Made by a program: the position numbers and the translations under genes. 64,000 bases of DNA from Macrostomum lignano (Eukaryota). Location of the stretch: positions 248,001 to 312,000 of the forward strand of contig NIVC01000854.1 in the NCBI GenBank assembly GCA_002269645.1, in the 5' to 3' direction. The notes beneath the pieces were generated by a model. It searched no databases, was not told the DNA's origin, and saw only the letters and a list, made by a program, of their open reading frames with translations. Within the stretch, counting starts at the first letter, position 1. Every line of letters begins with the position of its first letter. Shown in pieces: positions 51,363 through 64,000 of the stretch.

Positions 51363-52082
51363 CGCAGTCAAGGATGGTGTATTAATTAGCTGGCAATCCT
51401 TCGGTTGGATAGAGGACTAACGGCAAGCAAACCCGTCTTTAACACTGCTGCTCTCCACTCGGCCTGCAGGATAGGGTAGAAACAGACCTCTTTGTACCTT
51501 TGAAGTCGGCAGACTCAAAAAGTCAAACAAAACGGCGTTCGTTAGTTGGCTTTTATGCTGCAATTTTCCTCTTTAGTACTTCACTGTGTCAATTCTCTTT
51601 TCTCTTCACCCCTGCAGCCTGTCAATGGACGGGGGCTGGCTCTGAAGCGCGCAGGCCTCTCGCCAATAAGCGCGCCGGAAAGCTTGACTTGGAAAATTCA
51701 ATCCCACACAACACTTCACTGCTGGACAGCACTGACTAGACTGCGTTTGAAAGAGAGAGAGAGAGAGAGCGGTGGCAGGCACACCAGCGGTCACGTGATT
51801 GGCAGTTTGCGTGCATGTCACCCCAGGTTTTCTGCTTTCTACCATTCTCTCTCTCTTTGAATTCATACTGCTAAATACATGCCACACACACAACGCACAG
51901 ACCCAACGCATATTTCTTGCACTAAGGGCACAGAAAAGTTTGTCAGTCAGCTATATACTGTAAAAGAATCTTGACAGGCCATACAAAAAGAAATTATTAA
52001 AATGTTTTGTGTGTAAATTTGGCATATAAGCATTGCGTGTTGGCTTCTGCCAAAACTATAACAGACTTATGAAATATTCTCC

Positions 52083-52261
52083 CAGGGACTACTCAAACAC
52101 CGGGACGGGAAACTAAAATTTTTTACGAGGCTGGCTGGCAATTATTTGCATTAGAGAGATGCTGTGTTACTTTGTTGTCTATGGTTATTCTCTACTGCTG
52201 ATAAAAGACCAGCCTCGTAAAAAATTCCTAGTTTCCCGTCCCGGTGTTTGAGTAGTCCCTG
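52083..52261. mobile_element. hAT-like MITE (179 bp)
   Basis: TIR CAGGGACTACTCAAACACCGGGACGGGAAACT; 8-bp TSD TATTCTCC/TGTTCTCC. Confidence 0.85.
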
Positions 52262-52884
52262 TGTTCTCCTAGATTATAAATGCTTTCTTTTGTGATCACC
52301 TTAGCGTTGTTATGCTAAATATGCACTATCTGCATGTATCTAGTTTTTCAATAATTTCTAACCTATCCACGGTCCCGAAAAGATGGAGAAGTTTTGTAGC
52401 TAACAGAAGATAACGCCCTGAAAAAAAACGCCTGAAATGCCCTAAAACTTGTGAGAAAATAACTCATTTCTTAATCTGATAAATCATATCATGCATTCAA
52501 AAGTTCGACTTTACGTGTGTGTTTACGTCGCAAGTACATGAATTTTTAACCAATATAAGTTGATGTGAATTCATTTAGGATTTAGCTATATCGATTTGCA
52601 GATTGTATATTTTCAGTTCATGCAGTTAGCTAGAGATCTCAACGATCTATATAGACCGCTTCAGTGTATTTATGTCGTGCTGTTTATAAAACTGATAAAG
52701 ATAAATTAAAATCTACGACTGAAAAACTAAAATACCTGGCATAACTATACTGAACTTTCACTTTATGCTCTACTAAATAGTAGAGTTATAAGGAAAATAC
52801 GCTCAGAAATATGTTCTGTACGTGTACTGTCTTACTAAACTAATATTTTTGTAGAAAACTACTGTATAGTTCTTGTTATATTAA

Positions 52885-53224
<340 letters not shown>

Positions 53225-53896
53225 CCGCCATAGTTCTAAACCACGCCTCTGCCAAGTCTCAGTCACGCCACCGCCACAGCCAATTCTCGATCACGCCACC
53301 ACCACCGTTCTGTAAAGGGTTCTCGCTACGAGTACCGCCACCACACGATCACTGCCATCACATCATCGCCATTGCCTCAGGCTCATCGATTCGCTCTACC
53401 GTCTATCATCTATCTTATTGTTGCGTAGCCGCCCAGTGCATTCCTTACGGATTCAGCAAGTACTCCGGCCCATCTCTATTAACTACCCATACGGAATCGA
53501 TAATAACGAGCCTTAACTATCCACTCATACGGTTACAATAAGTAAGAACTGCGGCCACCGTTCGCATCATTCGCTACTATCATCAAGTGCTATTGCTACA
53601 AAATTTGCCTCTGCTGTCTTCGTCTTCGTCAGTTAATTTCCAGTCTGCCGGTTAATCGTCGCAATAGAGCTCATGAAGTCAAGAAAAGAAAGAAAAGTGC
53701 TAAACGGCGATATTTTCATTATAAAAAATTGAGTTGCGAAAAATCATTTTCATTTTAACAAAGGGGACCAAAGAACGTCTTTTTTGAATTTCAGCCATAA
53801 AACAAATTCAATTCTTCCATTTATAGCTACTCGGTACTTTCTGTAGTGTCTGAATACGTTTGGAAAACAGTAGCGAACAACAGAAGTTTGTCAGAA

Positions 53897-54984
<1,088 letters not shown>

Positions 54985-55493
54985 CTGTTATATAGGCGCG
55001 TTGGAGCCCGGATCCCAGGTTTAGTCAGACAGAAATAAACTGGGATTCTATACTAAAAATAGCCTGCATTCCAGGTATGGTATAGAGCAATCGCTTATTG
55101 GAGGAAAGGGGAGAAGAGCGAGAAAGTTCGCGGATCAGAAGTCCCACGCAGCATTCGCATCCTGCAAAGGTTTTGTTGTGCTGCCACAGCACTCTCAGCC
55201 GTCCGATTGGGAAAGAAAAACAGACGTCCGGGGAGCCAAATTTGGTTCGAGGTTCAACCCATAGCCGACCAACTATAGGTGAAAAACTGTCCTGATGGCT
55301 GCAGTGACTAAAACTAGGGGAAATTTTAGAACCAAATAAGGAAAGCTCACAGCGTTTTGATTTGCTTAAAGCTGATTCTTCCATTGAAGAACGCCCGGCC
55401 GATCCAGTGACGGCAAAGTCACTTTGCCAGAATCTACGAAACCGCCAATGTACGAAGGTATCTGCATCTGCTGCCTCTAAAAACTAAGGATGA

Positions 55494-58459
55494 TTATCTT
55501 TTCCCGCGGCTGTTAGCTAATAGCCACGTTGCAAAACTGCGGCGATAACTATTATACATGCAGCGCTTTAGCGAGAAGGCCGATCTGTCGAAAGTGTATC
55601 CGCATTTCAGAGCCTGTGCGCGAACGTAGGCCGCACCACTATCGGTGTCCTGGGCGCCGGTTTCAGCCAACATGCAGTCGACAAAACGCCGAGTATGCGC
55701 CTGCCCCTTCCGGCTGGGTGCCTGCAGCGTCAGCAGCAGCACCTCCTGCCGTCCGAGGTGCCCGGCACCTCCTGCCCGGAACGCCGTCCGAGCCCTGAAA
55801 TCTGGAAAGGCACCCGGACAGGACGGAGTCAGTAATGATATGTTGAAACACCTACCACCGTCTACTGACAAAAGACTCCTGGAGCTCATTAACAGGTCAT
55901 GGATGGGAGGCAAGTGCCCGTGGCAGTGGAGAAAGGCTACCATTATCCCGATTCCCAAGAAAGGGAAGGACGCCAGCAAGCCGGAATCATATCGCCCAAT
56001 CGCCCTAACCAGCTGCGTGGCTAAGCTCGCAAAGCGCATGGTCCTCCAGCGTCTCCGTTACGCCCTGGAGGCCTCGGGTCGGCTGACCGCCAGCCAGGCG
56101 GGCTTCCGACGGGGGCGTTCCACTGAGGAGCTCATTGCCGACATCTCTCAGGAGATTTTCGACAAGCTCGAGGCCACCCCGCACATCAGGTCAGTGCTCT
56201 GCCTGCTTGATTTTAGCCGCGCCTACGACAGAGTCTGGAGGGCGGCTCTCTACTCGAAGCTGCGAGACTTGGGAGTGCCAGCCGACGTCATCCGGTGGAT
56301 CAAGGCCTTCCTGTCAGACCGAAGAGCCCGCGTGCGCGTCGGCGACTGCACCAGCAAAGAACGCATCTTCCGGGAAGGACTACCACAGGGGTCGGTGCTC
56401 GCCCCCACACTGTGGTTAGTCTACGTCAACGATCTGGCCGATGCGGTGCTAGACGCCGCCGCGGGTGTTTCCATCAAACTTTATGCCGATGACAGCGCCC
56501 TCCTGACCTCTAACAGGTCTCTGGACACATGTGAAGAGAAGCTGCAACCCGCGCTGAACGCCGTCTCACAGTGGTGCAAGGAATGGAAAGTGGAGCTCAG
56601 CGTGGAAAAGAGCGTGTACGGCACTTTCACGCTGGACGCAAAGGAATCAAACGGCAAAAAGAGACTCAACCTGCTCATCGATGACAAGCCAATAGCCTTT
56701 GACCCAGCCCCGAACTACCTCGGTGTTCGCCTAGACGGTCAACTCAATTTCGCGCAGCACGCCGCGACAGTCCGCGCCAAGATGTGCGCCAGACGCCGAC
56801 CGCTCGCAGCGATGGCCGGCAGGAGCACCGGAGCTGATCTACAAACGATCCGAACAGCCTACATCAGTACCGTCCGCGCTGTGGCCGAGTACGCCGCAGG
56901 TACCTGGCTATGCAGCACCGCCCCCTCCACCAGACGAGCTATTGAACAGCAGCAGAACGCGTGCGCGAGACTGATTACGGGATGTATCATGCCGACCAAC
57001 ATCCGCTCAGTCCTACAACTGGCCGGGCTCACACCGCTCTCATTCATCGCGTCCGAGAGGGCGGCACGCCTAAGGGAAAGAGTCCTCAGACTCGACCCGA
57101 GTGTCTCGGCGGGACAAGTAGCCTTGCGGAACACCAGGCCTAGACTGAAAAACCGTACCTACGAAGCTTTGGCACGCAACCACGGCCGCACCCACGGAGA
57201 CGGCGGCGCCGACGACGAAGCACAGCCGAACTCGCTGAACCTCATCGACCCGCGGGACGCCACCCGCCCCTTCCGGAACTGCTGGAGGAGGGCGGCACTG
57301 GAGCTGCCGTCGGTTGCCATGTTGGATTCCCACAAAAGAGGCGACCCGGTAAGCCCCGGCATCCCGCCGTGGGAGTGCGACGCACGGGACATTAACATCC
57401 GCCTGGACATCTCGGCCCGATGCCGCCGCACGGACCCCCAGGAGTCCCGGAGCGCGGCGGCAACGGAGTTCCTGCAGTCACTGCCTGAGGCTGACATCTG
57501 CGTGTGGACAGACGGATCGGTGGCGGACGGCACCGGACCCGGCGGCAGCGCCGCTATAACCTGCACGACCTTGGCGAGCCATGTGCGCAAGGCCCCGGCC
57601 GGAATCATCTGTAGCTCCTTTGACGCAGAAATGATAGCCATCCGCGAAGCACTGGTTTTTATTAAGAACAACTGCAGCCCGAGCGAAAAGAAGATTCGCC
57701 TATGTAGCGACTCATTATCGTCATTGACAGCACTAGGGGCCGGACCACTAGCCCAGGCGACTAAGACCGGTACGGACTGCTGGCGCCACATGCTAGACAT
57801 CAACGAAACGGCCGACATAGAATTAATCTGGGTGCCAGCCCACTGCGGCATCAGCCTTAATGAAGCGGCGGACCGCGCGGCCGGCATGGCAAGAGGCTTG
57901 CCCCAAGAGGAAGTGCCCATCTCCTTCAACGCCGCAAAAGCAGCCATTCGCCGCGATCGCCGGACCCTGGAGAAAGAAACCCTGCCGCAATCCTGGCCGG
58001 ACTTCAAAGCGAGAGACCGGCGGGAGCAAACGGCGGTGTGCCAGCTTCGCGCAGGCATGACGATGCTCTGCGCCGAGATCCAGCACCGATTCGGTATGAT
58101 CGATAACCCGCAGTGCCCGGACTGCGGAGAACTCGACGACAGCGCCCACGCGCTACTTCACTGCCACCGGGGAGACGCTCGACGGATGGCCCTGGTCGGG
58201 AACGATCACGAGGAGCTCCTCCGGAACCCGGGAAAATGTCTCTCGCTCCTTCGGAGCATGGGGCGATGGCCCCCGCAAATTTCGGCGCCGCCGCGCCGGT
58301 AAAGCGAGCGCTGAAGCAGAAGAAGAAGAAGAAGCACCTCCTGCACCGGTTGGGGGCAGTAAGACTCGGCTTGGATGATGTGGCTTGCCAGCTAGAGTCG
58401 CCGACGGTGCGCCGATAAAATGCCGCATTGGTGACGTGCTCGTATCCGATCTTGAATCA
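55494..58459 (-). pseudogene. Putative coding exon interrupted by the I-group LINE
   Basis: The empty site reads ...LASHIIQAESYCPQPVQEVLLLTLQAPSRKGQ...TWLLANSRGKR*; in-frame TAG at 58392-58394; no family recognised. Confidence 0.35.
55750..58332 (+). mobile_element. 5'-truncated I-group (Nimb/Ingi-like) LINE: RT, RNase H, zinc finger
   Basis: Uninterrupted ORF with KAPGQDG, YRPIALTS, QAGFR, DFSRAYD, GLPQGSVLAP, YADD, WTDGS, CSDS, WVPAHCG, CPDC..H..C; (GAA)n tail; 12-bp TSD AGCACCTCCTGC. Confidence 0.93.
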
Positions 58460-58664
58460 CTTAATAAACGGTAAAATATCGATTCATAGTGTCACCAGGA
58501 TCTGCCACCCCGAAGCCGCCAGCCATATAGTTTGACAGACATTATGCCTACATGTATTTCTGGCCAGACCTCCGAGAGAACAACATAACGATATCTCGTG
58601 CGATGATATCTCTCTAGCGCTCCCTACATCCCTACAGAGAAGAATGGATTCTGCACTGGTAGAT

Positions 58665-62930
<4,266 letters not shown>

Positions 62931-63650
62931 GGGTGTGGGGGGTCTTGGGGATGTTTTCTATGTAGGGGGAATGTCTGTTATCTTTGTGAAAACTATATTT
63001 TGTTGTCTTTCTGTTAATTTTAGAAAAAAAAGAGATTCATAGCTAACATCTTTCTTTGTCCGTGACAATTTTACTGGAATAAGGAGATTTATAAAACTGA
63101 AGAAGGAATTGGTTCTTAAGAAATGTGCTTTTTTAATTGTTTTCCATGAATATTTTTTGCTCTTTGCTTATTGCGCGCTACTAGAATTGCTAGTCCCATC
63201 TATACATGTATTGGTTCAGCTGTCAATAGAAAGTAGCAAGGGATGACTTTCTGGAGCTCATGACCGCTTATGTCCCCCAATGGTTTTGGCCCCTTCATTG
63301 CATTCATTTCAATAATGACAATGCGCAAAATGTCATTACGCCATAATGGCAATGCGATTGTATGACAATTATGGCGTGAATAAGCCACAACGCTGGCAAA
63401 TAGCTATCGTCCATATTCAAATGTACGTGTCTATTAATAGAATACTAGCTTGTTTCTCTCTTTCGTGTGCGCACGTTAGTGCATGGATACATGCATGTGC
63501 ACATTCGTCAGGAGGATTGGGGGTGGCTGCATTTTCTCAGTTAGAACTTACGTGTTTGTTTTGTACAAAAAGCCTCGCTATGCAGACTAAGAGAGACGAA
63601 GTTCTAGCACGAATTGAGCGCGAGTTAATAACATGCAAAGCTAGTTGGCC

Positions 63651-63937
63651 ATGTCTGTTGAATTTGCTGAACAGCACGAGGGTCTGACCTTCCGCACAGC
63701 CACCTTAGCGGATTCCGATGCCATCTGTCGACTTTGCCTGGCAGACTTCTATCCGCGAATGCCGCTATTTCGACACTTGAACGCCACGGAGGCAAGCGAC
63801 GTGGAGACAACGCTGGCGATGCTGCCGGCGGTGCTGGGACAGGGGGCCTCGCTGGTGGCTGTGGACAGCGACAGCGGAGAACTGGTCGGAGCCAGGCTGT
63901 CTACTGTTGAGTCATCGTCAATAGGAAGGAATCAAGA
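63651..63937 (+). CDS. First exon of a GNAT acetyltransferase (arylalkylamine/dopamine N-acetyltransferase-like)
   Basis: LTFRTAT..D...I...DFYPRMPL...GASLVAVD..SGELVGARL; donor GA|GTAGGT; continues beyond the window. Confidence 0.75.
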
Positions 63938-64000
63938 GTAGGTTTTATTGATACGTAAGGGGCAATTTTTAGCCAGTATCATTGGTTAGAGCGTCCGATT

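Noticed and set aside
55645-55749. N-terminus of the 885-aa LINE ORF
   Set aside because: Lies upstream of the TSD; host sequence fortuitously in frame

Overview
Eukaryotic, intron-containing animal DNA. GC-rich exons with Ala/Gln runs and minisatellite-filled introns suggest a flatworm such as Macrostomum, but this is inference only. From 1.4 to 12.8 kb, four closely spaced minus-strand genes form an operon-like run: TRMT10, a divergent SAM50/Omp85 paralogue apparently lacking POTRA, DNAAF3, and a small PH-domain protein. From 13 to 35 kb there is a nested transposon block: a tRNA-SINE; a decayed Gypsy element (ATAT TSD) with an extra ORF and a 3' LTR ending in tandem tRNA-Leu PBS units; a TIR DNA transposon inside its integrase; KDZ-type CxC and Crypton tyrosine-recombinase remnants; three nested MITEs; and a truncated LINE. 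From 37.8 to 55 kb lie an atypical Rab, a PAN + F-type lectin gene, a gamma-butyrobetaine dioxygenase and an unknown gene. From 55.7 to 62.8 kb lie two RNase H-bearing LINEs with TSDs, one with an internal ORF1-RT fusion. A GNAT acetyltransferase starts at the right edge. All gene models were spliced by hand, and exon phases are consistent where stated. No database searches were run.
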